From: Eledone cirrhosa
Taxonomy: Eukaryota
Assembly (NCBI GenBank): GCA_964016885.1
Contig: OZ024741.1
Span: forward strand, 115,320,001 to 115,384,000
Reading direction: 5' to 3'
DNA: 64,000 nucleotides
Shown here: positions 44,081-57,670 of the stretch, one piece after another
Layout of the letters: each line of letters begins with the position of its first letter
How positions within the stretch are numbered: the stretch's first letter is position 1
Notes under the pieces: model-generated
The model's input: the letters and a program-made list of their open reading frames with translations, nothing else
Databases searched by the model: none
Told to the model about the DNA's origin: nothing
Program-made: the position numbers and the translations under genes

Positions 44081-45000
44081 AAATATTAAAAAATTAATAT
44101 ATAATTTAATTTAAATGTTAGTTAACCTATAAATTTAATTTATTTAAAATTCTACTACAGATGAGACTATAAAATATTGTGTAATCATAAATTGTGAAAA
44201 ACCTTTAAATATTACTAATATATACTTAGTAATTTAATTTATAGATTAATTTTAATTTATTTAACCCTTTATTAAAATTCCTTTACAGATAAAATATAAC
44301 AAAATATCGTGTATTCAATGACAGAGAAATAATTTTTAGTATTATAGACCTAATTAATATACATTTTAGAAATATATTTATAATTTGGTTTTAAATTTAG
44401 TCAACCTAAAAATTTAATTTAATTGGCTTAAAATTAGTATCCTAATACAGACTGATTGCAGAGTGTCATGTAATCATAGAATGGGATGTGTTTTGGATGT
44501 ATACATAGTTAATATATTCTTTGCAATTTTTGAAAAAATATGTATATGTATGTATATATATGTATGTGTATGTATGTATATATATGTGTATATATATATA
44601 TGTATGTATATGTATATGTGTATGTATTAATTTTAATTTCTGTTTACATATAATTATATTCTACTATTGATAAAATACAATATCTGTTTTATTTATTATA
44701 TACCTAATTAACATATACTATAGAAATTAATATATAATTTTTAATTTAGTTTACCTATATTCTACTACCGATGTAATACTTTATTTGTTTTTTCCCTATT
44801 ACTAAATTCATTTCCTAATATTGTTAATAATTTTAATTTAGTTATACTATAATTAATACTCTACTACTATTTAACTTCAAAATTCTGCTTCAAATATTAT
44901 AAACCTAAGTAATTTACACCTTAGAAATCAATATATTAACTATCTTTAGTTTAGTTAACCTATAATTAATGGTATACTTATATTGAAATGCATAATTTTG
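44080..45000. repeat. Very AT-rich region with degenerate tandem units
   Basis: Recurring ttag(t)taacctat(a)aatt..ctacta motif near 44115, 44398, 44748, 44840, 44950. Confidence 0.5.
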
Positions 45001-45253
45001 CCTTCTTTCTTGCATTTCCTAATACTGAAACTATGTAAACACATATTGAGATCCAAATACAGATTAATATTCTATGTTTCTTGAAATATATATTTACTAT
45101 AATCCCCTCCCCCCCCCCTTCCCCCCTACTATTATTATCTGTATTTGTAAGCGTGTATGTATGAATATATATGTAGGTAGGTGTATATATGTTTGGGTGT
45201 TTATATCTAAGTATAAAAATACATATATGCGCATGCAAATAAGGGTGTATGAT

Positions 45254-45286
<33 letters not shown>

Positions 45287-46096
45287 GCATGTATATATAT
45301 GTATATATATATATACATATGTATATATGTATGTGTGTGTGTGTATGTATGTGTATATATATGTGTGTATGTATGTGTGTGTATATATGTGTATGTATAT
45401 GTATGTCTCTCTATATATATGTGTATCTTCGTATCTATGTGGGTATATGTGTGTATGTACATGTATGCACTTGTATATGTTTATGTGTATATGTGTGTAT
45501 GTGTATATGTGTACGTATGCGCGCATATATATGTGAGTGTGTGTGTGTGTGTATATATATGTATGTCTATATATATATATATATATATATTTGTATATGT
45601 ATATATATATATTATTCATTATTATAATATAATTTATGTGTATATATATGTATGTGAAGATGTGTATATATATATATATATATATAAATATATATGTGTA
45701 TGTGTGTCTTTGTGTGTGTGTATATATATGTATATATGTGTGTATGTATGTGTCTGTATGTGTGTTTATGGTTGTATGTGTGTGTGGGTATATATATATA
45801 TATATTTATGTGTGTATATATGTATATGTATATACCTTTTTCTTTGTATGTCTGAGTTGTGTGAGAGTGTAGTGGTGTTTGTATGTATATACGCATATAT
45901 GGATGCGTATGTATTTGTATATATGCGTATATGTAAGTGCGTATGTGTGTGTGAATATATATCTATGTCTATGTATGAGTATGTATGTGTGTGTATGTAT
46001 GTGTGTATGTATGTATGTGTGTATGTGTGTATGTATATGTGTGTATATATATATGTATGTATGTGTATGTATGTATGTATATATGTATGTATATAT

Positions 46097-46686
46097 GTCA
46101 GGTCACCAGTTGGTGCTACTGGTAACATGTATCCCAGTACAACCTGTCTCATGGTCGAGTCGTTGGCGACTAAACTGGCAACCCCACCAAGGTTTCTTGG
46201 TGAGGAGGGTGACTTTGGACATCCTGCAGGATTAAAAACAAAACCTGTCAAAGAGTCAATGGCCATCCAAAATCACCGGGAGAGATGACCCCTTAGCCTT
46301 TGTAAAGGCAGAATTCTAGGAGAAGGAAAACTCTGATATAACACCTGCAACCCTGATGGTATCCAATGATGTTGACTTGTTCTTCTTTTTGGTAAATATC
46401 ATCTTGGTTAAGAGAGTGGGACTGGCTTTGTGCAGTGCCTTTGCTCACTATAAAAGCTTCACGGCACAGGCATTGCTTTATATCTGGAGATCTCTCTGCA
46501 CTTGTCCTCACATGGTACCATGGGCCTAGCACTATGTGTCAATAATTGTCACAAGTGTGGTGTTTGTACCAGAGTTTACAAGTCGCTAGCTGGACTAAAA
46601 AGTCACACTCGTTCAGCGCATCGGTAGGAGTTCTCCTACATGGATATAAAGTAGTGGCCGTACTCGACAACGAGTTGGCAGCCACC
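46097..46686 (+). mobile_element. Non-autonomous RTE (BovB-like) internal-deletion derivative, ~590 bp
   Basis: RTE-type 5' UTR motif ggagaaggaaaactctga; C-terminal [20 protein letters not shown] in sister copies; (TGTA)n tail; ~12-bp TSD. Confidence 0.8.
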
Positions 46687-46876
46687 ATGTATGTATATGT
46701 ATATATATATGTATATATATATATATATATATTTATTATATATGTATGTGTGTGTATGTGTGTATATATATCTTTATATATGTGTATGTATATGTATGTG
46801 TAGGTGTGTGTGTGTGACTATATATGTATGTGTATATATGTGTATGTATGTATATGTATGTGTGTGTACATGTATA

Positions 46877-46949
<73 letters not shown>

Positions 46950-47414
46950 GTATATGTATCTCTTTTTATATGTGTATATATGTATATGTATATACCTTTT
47001 TCTTTGTATGTCTGAGTTGTGTGAGAGTGTAGTGGTGTTTGTATGTATATACGCATATATGGATGCGTATGTATTTGTATATATGCGTATATGTAAGTGC
47101 GTATGTGTGTGTGAATATATATCTATGTCTATGTATGAGTATGTATGTGTGTGTATGTATGTGTGTGTGTATGTATGTATGTGTGTATGTGTGTATGTAT
47201 ATGTGTGTATATATATGTATGTATGTGTATGTATGTATGTATATATGTATGTATATGTATATATATGTATATATATATATATATATATTTATTATATATG
47301 TGTGTGTGTGTGTATGTGTGTATATATATCTTTATATATGTGTATGTGTATGTATGTGTAGGTGTGTGTGTGTGACTATATATGTATGTGTGTATATGTG
47401 TATGTATGCGTATG

Positions 47415-47485
<71 letters not shown>

Positions 47486-47654
47486 ATATATATATATATG
47501 TATATATGTGTGTGTGTGTGTGTGTGTGTTTGTGTATATATATTTATCTATATATATCTATTTATATGTGGGTATGTATGTGTATGTGTGTATATATATG
47601 AGTGTATTTTTATATATATATATATATGTATGTAGATGTGACTGTATATATATG

Positions 47655-47708
<54 letters not shown>

Positions 47709-47811
47709 TATATATATGTATATGTGTGTATATGTATGAGTGTGTATATATATACGAGTGTTGTGAGTGTATATATATATATATATATATATGTGTGTAT
47801 GTGTATATATC

Positions 47812-47843
<32 letters not shown>

Positions 47844-47902
47844 TATGTATATGTGTGTATATATATATGTATGTATGCGTGTATGTGTATATGTGTGTAA
47901 AA

Positions 47903-47945
<43 letters not shown>

Positions 47946-48370
47946 TTATGTATGTATGTGTCTATGTATTTATATGTGTATATGTATGTGTCTCTATATG
48001 TATGCGTCTGTGTATGTGTATGTGTATTTATATGGTATGTGTATGTATATGTATGTATATGTATGTGTTTTTTTTTTTTTATATATATGTGTATGTATAT
48101 GTATGTATATGTATGTGTGTGTATGCGTGTGTATTTATTTATATGTCTATATGTATGTATATCGATGTATACTTTATATTTTGCTTGTTTGTATATATAT
48201 ATATGTGTGTGTATGTATATGTGTGTGTATATATATATATATGTGTGTGTGTATATATGTGTGTGTATATATGTGTATATGTGTGTGTATATATATATGT
48301 ATGTGTGTATATATGTGTATATATATATGTATATGTTTATATATGTGTGTGTGTGTGTGTTGTATGTGTA

Positions 48371-48424
<54 letters not shown>

Positions 48425-48479
48425 CTTGATATATTTCTTTTTTCTTTTTTCTTTTTCTTTTCTTTTTATTTCTAAGTTT

Positions 48480-49380
48480 ATAGATACATCTATAAATAAG
48501 CAGTCTGCCGAAACCGTTGAATACTGACCTCTCCCCCCCCTCCCACCTAATTTCTGTATCTTGATCTAAATGTGTGTGGCAGTGTTTATGTGCGTGCATT
48601 AATGTCCATATGCTTATGATAATACTATATGCACATATATATGTGTGTGGGGGTGTGTGTGTGTATGTATGTTCGTAATTATGTGTATGTTTATGCATAT
48701 ACGCGCGTGTGTGTGTGAGTGTACGAATATGTGTGAGTATATGAATGTGTGTATACATTTATTTCATATTTATGTGTCTATACGCATTTTATCTGTGGAT
48801 TATAAACTTACAGAGACATTAGCCATGAATTTTTGTATTTGCATACATCTTTTTGGCATGCGTATGCATGTGAGCATATATCTTTATATAAATATGTGTA
48901 CGAAGTTAATTACATGTATATACACACACCAAACTGCATAACATTTTTTGTATTTTCATTGGTCAATTTGAACTCTGTTCCCAAACGGACCTGAAATTTT
49001 GAATTGTTGTTATTATCAATAAATATATTTCATTATTTCTGAAGACGGCATATATGTGTGTTTGGTATGTATATTTAATCTTGATAGTTTGTATAATTTT
49101 GTATAATTTTGTACATAGATCTGTTGAATATGCATGCCAATTCTAACACATATATATCCTAGAAACGATCGTTAAATAATGAACTTTTTTTGTTTAATAT
49201 AAGGAACTGTTTCATTGTTTTATTCATTATTTTTTTAATATTTTATCTTGACTCTGTATTCCGTTTATCTTTCACTGAAAGTGATTTTTCATTGCATCTC
49301 TTCTTTCCATGATATCCGGACTACATTGAGTTCTTCATACGGATTGGACACTACCGTAAACTCTTGGTAGATTTATCTAC
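48480..49380 (+). mobile_element. PLE-type pLTR with HHR; 3' part recurs at 60302-60858
   Basis: 49032-49380 is the reverse complement of 60302-60648. Confidence 0.75.
49031..49181 (+). ncRNA. Type-I hammerhead ribozyme with 116-nt stem II
   Basis: cattattt CTGAAGA c gg..cct a GAAAC gatc GTT^ aaataatg; 8-bp stem I; 17-bp inner helix ttggtatgtatatttaa/ttgaatatgcatgccaa. Confidence 0.85.
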
Positions 49381-49439
49381 ATATGTATATATATGTATAT
49401 ATATATATATGTATATATATGTATATATATATATGTATA

Positions 49440-49488
<49 letters not shown>

Positions 49489-49523
49489 GTATATATATGT
49501 ATATATATATATGTATATATATG

Positions 49524-49576
<53 letters not shown>

Positions 49577-49577
49577 G

Positions 49578-49608
<31 letters not shown>

Positions 49609-49713
49609 GCGTATATATATGTATATATATATATGTATATATATATGTATATATATATATATGTATATATATATATGTAGATATATATACATATATATCT
49701 ATATATATATGTG

Positions 49714-49760
<47 letters not shown>

Positions 49761-49811
49761 GTATATATATATATGTAGATATTTATACATATATATCTAT
49801 ATATATATGTG

Positions 49812-49842
<31 letters not shown>

Positions 49843-49860
49843 GTATATATATATGTATAT

Positions 49861-50421
49861 AAACAAAGTATCATGAAACTTGAAGCTCCTCAAAGGGCAA
49901 TCACGAAAAAGATAGATGGCATGTCAGACCTTGACTACTGGGGTCGATTAGAAAACCTATAACTTTACTCACTCCAACGTCGCCGTGAGCGTTATATTAT
50001 CTGCATGATGTGGAAAATGTTCCATCATCACTGCCCAAATGATGTTGGCATCGCCTTCAAGATACACCCAAGGCTTGGGCCCCGTGCTATCCGTCCCATT
50101 TAAAAATCTAAATCGCAACTCATAACAACAATACGGCACAATTATTTCACCTCAATCGGCCCTGCTCTCTTCAACATCACACCAGGACACGTCAAAACAG
50201 AAACTGACCACACAAAATTCAAGAAGTCTTTGGACAAATTCCTCCAAGTAATCCCGGACAAACCACCCACACCCGGATATGTCTCCGCAAACAGTAATTC
50301 TCTTCTCGAATGGGCCATGGTGCCCAAATCCTGAATTGAAAGACTTCGCCAGGTGGTGCTATTAAGTTAGACATGGCCTGGGCCAATACTGGCCAAAACA
50401 TTTCAAAGTTATTCAAAGTTA
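49861..50421 (+). mobile_element. 5'-truncated copy of the LINE at 16765-21472
   Basis: Near-identical reverse complement of 16765-17325. Confidence 0.95.
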
Positions 50422-50465
50422 TATATATATGTAGATATATATACATATATATCTATATATATATG

Positions 50466-50496
<31 letters not shown>

Positions 50497-50535
50497 GTAT
50501 ATATATATATATGTAGATATATATATATATATATA

Positions 50536-51094
50536 TCTTTTACTCTTTTACTCTTTTACCTGTTTCAGCCATCCGGCTGAGGCCATGCTGGGGCACCGCC
50601 CTTGTTGCTACACATTTTATCTCCAGCCTGTATAGGTTGGCGACTGGTGTAGGAGGGAGTTTGTTGCTGCTGCCCTTACGTTTCCCTCATGTCTTGCTGT
50701 GGGCTCATCCGGGATCCTGGATAACAAGGTGTCCAGATGTTTCTTAAAGACATCCACCTCCACGTCATGCGAGTCTCTCAGATGCCTCGGCAGCCTGTTG
50801 AAGAGTTGAGGGCCCTTGAATCCCAGGCTATTGCAATACCTGCTCCTTATTCTAGATGTGGAAGACGGGACCTTTGGCACCACACAGTGACGTCCTGTTC
50901 GACGGTTGGTCCAGCTCCCAATGCCAAAGTTTGGTGCTAGTCCCTCCAGGATTTTCGACATGTAGATCACTGCGTATCTCTCCCGTCTTCGCTCCAAGGA
51001 GTTGAGGTTCAGTTCCTTCAGCCTCTCCCAGTAGCTTGCCTCCCTCATCTTGGCAATCCTCTTGGTGTAGCTTCGCTGGATTGCCTCAAGCTCC
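50536..51094 (-). mobile_element. 3' fragment of a related CR1/L2-group LINE with (GTAAAAGA)n tail
   Basis: LEAIQRSYTKRI..YWERLKEL..SLERRRERY..IPDEP..NSL; 3' ggcggtgccccagcatggcc..gctgaaacaggtaaaaga. Confidence 0.88.
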
Positions 51095-51440
51095 GTGCCT
51101 TTCCTTTCTTCTGTCCTACGCCATTTTGTTTGAAACAAAATGGCGTAGGTCAGAAGAAAGGAAAGGCACAGAAACAAAGAAAGGAATCCCCAGTCACTGA
51201 AGAGGTCACAGAGTGTGTGACGAAAGGACTATGACTATATATAAACAACTATCTGGTTGTGGAACCAACCAACACACCAGAAACTTATAAGTTTGTAGAT
51301 TTATAAATTTATAGATATATAATAAATTGAAGTGAAAGCAACTGGTGCGTGTGTTTCTTATTGGCAACATGACCCTCCCAAAGTATAACAATATCGGTTT
51401 CAACACACGATTTCAGATAAAGAATCTTGCTAAACAAATT
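51095..51440 (+). mobile_element. Solo pLTR of the Naiad-like PLE with 5' fold-back
   Basis: Similar to 6225-6460; 37-bp inverted duplication 51095-51131/51133-51169. Confidence 0.85.
51192..51236 (+). ncRNA. Minimal type-I hammerhead ribozyme
   Basis: agtca CTGAAGA G gtcaca-gagtg-tgtgac GAAA ggac TA^ tgact. Confidence 0.78.
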
Positions 51441-52347
51441 CAGAAACGAAATACATATATATACATATATATATATATATACATATATATACATATACAT
51501 ATATATATACATATATATGCATACATGGAAAGTTATATTTAAATTGTTGGGTTACAACTAGTAAATATTAATAACTGATATAAAAGCACTCGACAAGTAT
51601 TTGGAGTATACTTACGATATTAAATAAATGGAAACTATATTTATAAAACCATATTTATTTCATTATATATATTTCAGGGATATCATATTAACAATATGCT
51701 ATGCCTTCCTCAGACAAAATACAATATAAACAGTTTTATAGATAAATAGATTTGATATACCGTACAACATCGACTTGTATTTGAAAAGTTGAATTGGCAG
51801 TGAAAAAATTGTAAACAGAAAGAAAGAAAGAGAGGAAAAAAAAAAAAAAAAAAAAAGGAAAGAAAGACAGAAAACGAAGAAAAAGAAGAAAAAGAAGAAA
51901 TGCATGGAACAAAATAGAGAGATGGAAAGATAGATAAAGAGAAGAACTTCATGTAAAGAAACAGAGAGAGATATATATAGAGAGAGGAAATAGATAGAGA
52001 TAGATATATATATAGAAAAATATGTAGTTGGACATCCGTTGAGTAAACGTATCAATGATACATTTATTTATTTATTTATTTATTTAGCTCTAGTATTAAT
52101 GTAAGGGAGATATATGTGGTTAGGAGAGAAACCAGCTGTTATATAGAGAGAAAAATGAAAAATATATATATGCATATATATATATATACATATATATACA
52201 TATACATATATATATACATATATATGCATATATATATATACATATATATACATATATATACATATATATACATACATATATATATATACATATATATACA
52301 TACATATATACATATATATATATACATATATATACATACATATATAC

Positions 52348-52382
<35 letters not shown>

Positions 52383-52419
52383 CATATATATACATACATA
52401 TATACATATATATATATAC

Positions 52420-52456
<37 letters not shown>

Positions 52457-52565
52457 CATATATATTCATACATATATACATATATATATATACATACATA
52501 TATACATATACATATATATACATACATATATATATATACATATATATACATATATATACGTATAT

Positions 52566-53171
52566 GGTGGCTGCCAACTCGTTTTCGAGTACAGCCACTA
52601 CTTTATATCCATGTAGGAGAACCCCTACCGATGCGCTGAACGAGTGACTTTTTAGTCCAGCCAGCGACTTGAAAACTCTGGTACAAACACTACACTTGTG
52701 ACAATTATTGACACATAGTGCTTTGCCTTTGGTACCATGTGACGACAAGTGCAGAGAGATCTCCAGATACAAAGCAATGCCTGTGCCGTGAAGCTTTTAT
52801 AGTGAGCAAAGGCACTGCACAAAGCCAGTCCCACTCTCTTAACCAAGATGATATTTACCAAAAAGAAGAACAAGTCAACATCATTGGATACCATCAGGGT
52901 TGCAGGTGTTATATCAGAGTTTTCCTTCTCCTAGAATTCTGCCTTGACAAAGGCTAAGGGGTCATCTCTCCCACTGATTTTGGATGGCCATTGACTGTTA
53001 AGAGCCCCTTTGCCCTTTGACAGGTTTTGTTTTTAGTCCTGCAGGATGTCCAAAGTCACCCTCCTCACCAAGAAACCTTGGTGGGGTTGCCAGTTTAGTC
53101 GCCAACGACCCGACCATGAGACAGGTTGTACTGGGATACATGTTACCAGTAGCACCAAGTGGTGACCTGAC
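52566..53171 (-). mobile_element. RTE-derived non-autonomous element, full-length copy
   Basis: Reverse complement of 46097-46686. Confidence 0.85.
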
Positions 53172-53247
53172 ATATATACATATATATACATATATATACA
53201 TACATATATATATATATACATATATATACATATATATACATATATAC

Positions 53248-53320
<73 letters not shown>

Positions 53321-53491
53321 CGTATATATATACATATATATATATATATACATATATATACATATATATACATATATACATATATATACATATATATACA
53401 TATATACATATATACATATATATACATATATATACATATATATATATACATATATGTACATATATATACATATATACATATATATATATAC

Positions 53492-53522
<31 letters not shown>

Positions 53523-53533
53523 CATATATATAC

Positions 53534-53564
<31 letters not shown>

Positions 53565-53599
53565 CATATATATACATATATATATACATACATATATAC

Positions 53600-53702
<103 letters not shown>

Positions 53703-53860
53703 AACATATAAGGATTAAAATACTGGAGCGTGTTGGAGTTAAACACCCTCTTCGTATTATAGAAATGACAGTAAAAGGTATAGCTCAATGTAATTAAACA
53801 GAGCCGAAGAATTATGAAAATAAAACAAAGAAGCCTTCAATACATCAAAAGTCTTTATTA

Positions 53861-53898
53861 GCCAACAATGTTTCGTCCTATTAAGGACTCATCAGGGC
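53861..53898 (-). ncRNA. Canonical minimal hammerhead ribozyme followed by AATAAA
   Basis: gcc CTGATGA gtcct-taat-aggac GAAAC att GTT^ ggc taataaa. Confidence 0.9.
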
Positions 53899-54848
53899 AA
53901 TCAAAACCACATGAAGCACTATCGGCCAATACAAGCCGAAAACTCCGAAGAATATGGAGTGTACATACACTAAAGTATTGGAAGATTATGGGTAAAAATA
54001 TATAATAAAAATCACTAAGGAGGTGGATAACATTTTGAACCATATTACAAGACCTAAGCAAAGGTGGTTATATAGAGCGGGAATTATAATACTATATGTA
54101 ATACAATATAATATAATATAATATAATATACTTGTAAGAATATTAAAATTAAAATTAAAATTAAAAGACACAATATACATATGTATATATATATATATAT
54201 ACGCACACGTACGCACATATTCATATACATCAATACACATTTCCATCATTAACAGCACAAATTAAACCTTATTAAGAGTTTAAGAGTTTAAATATAAATA
54301 AGCATAATAGGAATCAAAATAAAAATAATACGTATATCTAATATACAGTATAACTTGAAGTAATGAAATGATTAAAAGTAACACATATAATATATAATAA
54401 ATTATATAATTATATAATATATAATATAATATAATAGTTAATCTCCGGTTAATTTACACAAACAATATAGATGTCACAATAACACTATAATAATAGTATA
54501 ATAATATATAATATATAATGGCATGTAAGTTAACAAATCAATTCATATAGAGTTACAGAGCAGTTGAGAAAAAAATATAAATTGTACAATACCCAAAATT
54601 ATGATGGTACAAAAATATAAACATCTTACATGATATATAAAATTTAACATATCATAATGGTACATAAAATCATCGGTAAGTAATAAGGATCAATAGTACA
54701 TTTACAAATAGTTGAATAACAACTTCAATATAAAATAATGAACATAATATAATATATAATTACTTATAATTACAAGGTTGGTAAACAGACACGTGTGTGA
54801 ATGAGTGAATAAGGGCCAGGCAGAAAATACTATGCACAGTCGTATTAA

Positions 54849-54891
<43 letters not shown>

Positions 54892-55562
54892 AATCGACCG
54901 GAAATCAAAAAACAAAAACAAAAGTATTTACTTAGGTCTCACATGCAGTTAAGTAAAAACTTAGGAAACAACCCGGATAAATGACTAGAAAATCCTATTT
55001 GATAAATTAATATTGAAAATATTTAAAATACCTAATAAGGCAATACAATATTAGCTATGGTTTAAGTAATCAAAAACCCTAAACATCAATATTTCACTAT
55101 AAATATATATATAAAGGAATGAAATATTCTACTATCATTTACATAACGATATCTAAAAAACTGACTTAAGCAGAATTATGGTAGGCTAATTTGGACAGAA
55201 AAAAGAAATGTATGTGGGATACAAAGGAGCATAAAATCATAATCAATATACTGTATTATATAATAGAAAGGAGCATAAAAAAGGGGATTAAATATAATCA
55301 TAATATATTTGAAGGGGTTAGCAATAAGTTTATGTGTGCATGGGGGAGGAGGAAGGGGAGGAGGAGGGGGGGGGGTTATCCTAAGAAGAATCCAAATAAA
55401 ATAAAATAAAATAAAATGAAATAAAATAATATAAAATATATAATCAGATATATACTCTTAAGGTGTTAATAGTGAACATTTAATGTGTAAGAAGATAGAT
55501 ATGGTATAGTAGCCAAAAGATTATGAGAGCTAGAATAAAAAGTTGTCAAAAACCAATGATAA

Positions 55563-55748
55563 TAATTGTTTCTACTTTAGGCACAAGGCCAGCAATTACC
55601 CAGTGCATTACTGGTACTTTATTTTATCGACCCCGTTAGGATGAAAGGCAAAGTCAACCTCGGCGGGATTTGAACTCAGATCGTAAAGGGACGTAACTAT
55701 GCTGGAAAGCATGGCGTCCGACCCTCTACCGATACTGCCAATCCACCA
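55563..55748 (-). mobile_element. tRNA-derived SINE
   Basis: Same family as 26790-26980. Confidence 0.9.
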
Positions 55749-55749
55749 C

Positions 55750-55866
55750 CAATCACAAACAATGCATCATCACGATATAGTCCGCCTATAAGGTGCGGAA
55801 AGGTAACATATAGTTCATTTAGGAGGAACAACCCAACAAGATCAGTTACCTGGGCCGAATCACTCG
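55750..55866 (-). pseudogene. Small PLE RT core fragment
   Basis: [26 protein letters not shown]. Confidence 0.85.
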
Positions 55867-55904
55867 AATAAATATATATACACATATATATATATACATA
55901 TTTC

Positions 55905-55968
<64 letters not shown>

Positions 55969-56376
55969 CATATATATACACATATATATACATATATATA
56001 CATATATATACATATATGTACATATATATATGTATATATATATATATATGTATATATATATACTAGTAGTTTAGCCCGGCGTTGCTCGGGTTTGTTCATT
56101 TGCTATGAAAAGTTACATACAGGTAAACGTTGTTTGAAAGCGAATAAGCTTATCAATTAAGTGCATAAAGCAGTTGAACCGGTTATTAAAAGTTACGAAC
56201 TAGTTAGCATTTTGGTCAATCAATGATGGGTTAATAATCTTCCAATAGCGAATCTAGTAGACCAAAGTTGCAAGATGGTGGCCCTGATGCCGCTGGGTGT
56301 CAGATTTGTCCGCCATGGGATACCCTACCAGGAAATAGTGTTCCAGACGGCATAGCTCCAACACCTGCACCAACAT

Positions 56377-57640
56377 CTATAGTACCTCTTTGTAGACGAT
56401 ATTGCGTGTCATCCCTTGAGGAGAGTAAGCAAAAAGTCGATTCCTGCTCCCTGCTCGGGAACAGGCAACATAAAGTTGGCCGTGGGAGAAGCATGGTTCC
56501 CCCAAATGGATGCCCGCCACCGACAATGTTTGCCCTTGTGACTTGTTAATGGACATGGCAAAACATGCTCTCACCGGGAATTGGGATCGCCGGAAATCGA
56601 ACGGGATATCTGACGCCGAGGGGAAAAGGTTCATCCTTGGAATGAAAACATTCTCCCCTCTTCCGCACCCCGTTACAATGGTGGCCTCAATCAAGTGGGT
56701 GTCAGTGACTTGACGACCATGCGAGTACCGTTGCACTGCTTTGGTGGACGCAAGTTCCTTATTAGCATAATGGGAGAGCCAACCCTAAGCTTAATAATGT
56801 GAGGTGGGAGCCCTGGGGGCTCAAGGAGATTTAATAACTCAACCGGATAATTAACGATATCGTCGGGGTCTGATTTGAAGATGTGCTCTTTACCGGGAAT
56901 CTTCTCAATCAGCTGCTCGTTAATAAAATTAACCATGGTATGTTTCGGAGCAAGGATGGCTCTTTCGCTGAGCCAATCGAGGTTTTTGAGTTAGATGAGA
57001 CATTAGGAAAAACTGCTTCCCAAAGGTCAGAAGGGCTGCTCACAATGTTGCACAGGGTGTCGATTGCTATGCCGCCCTTGTCATCCGCAGGGATCTTGCC
57101 CTCACCAAGTGCTAAAATGTTCTGTGCTGCAGACATGTTGTCACCATGCAAATGAGCACGCATATTTGTGCTCAGGTACAAACTATTCACCTGGAGCCAC
57201 AACATGGACGACTTAAGACAGGCACGCACTTCATCAGCTCTTGTCCATTTGGGGATGACAGGCAGCGTTTTCCGAAAATCCCCTGATAGCAAAAGGGTTA
57301 CGCCACCCATAGGAGCCGTAGAATCCCTAATGTCTTTCCGGGCCCTGTCCAATGCCTTATGGGCACCCTTGTGTGCCATTGTGCACTCATCCCAAACAAT
57401 GAGGCAACATCTTTTGAGAACCAGAGCATTGTGTGAACTCTTGCTGATATTGCATGTTGGTGTCTCAGTTTTTACTAAATCCAAAGGGAGTTTAAAGGTT
57501 GAATGTGCTGTCCTGCCCCCCGGCAGCAAAGTAGCAGCGATCCCGGACGATGCAACGGACAACGCAACTTTTTTCTCCTGACGAATCTTAGCGGGAACCA
57601 AATTCGTTACATAAGTTTTTCCGGTACTCCCAGGAGCGTT
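56377..57640 (-). pseudogene. Helitron PIF1-like helicase (frameshifted)
   Basis: APGSTGKT, ASSGIAATLLPGGRTAHS, IVWDECTM, GDFRK.LPV, GLPPH..MLIRNL..CNGTR, FAMSINKSQGQTL..FSHGQLYVACSR. Confidence 0.93.
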
Positions 57641-57670
57641 TTTTATTGGGGGGGATCAGGGTTTTTTTTT

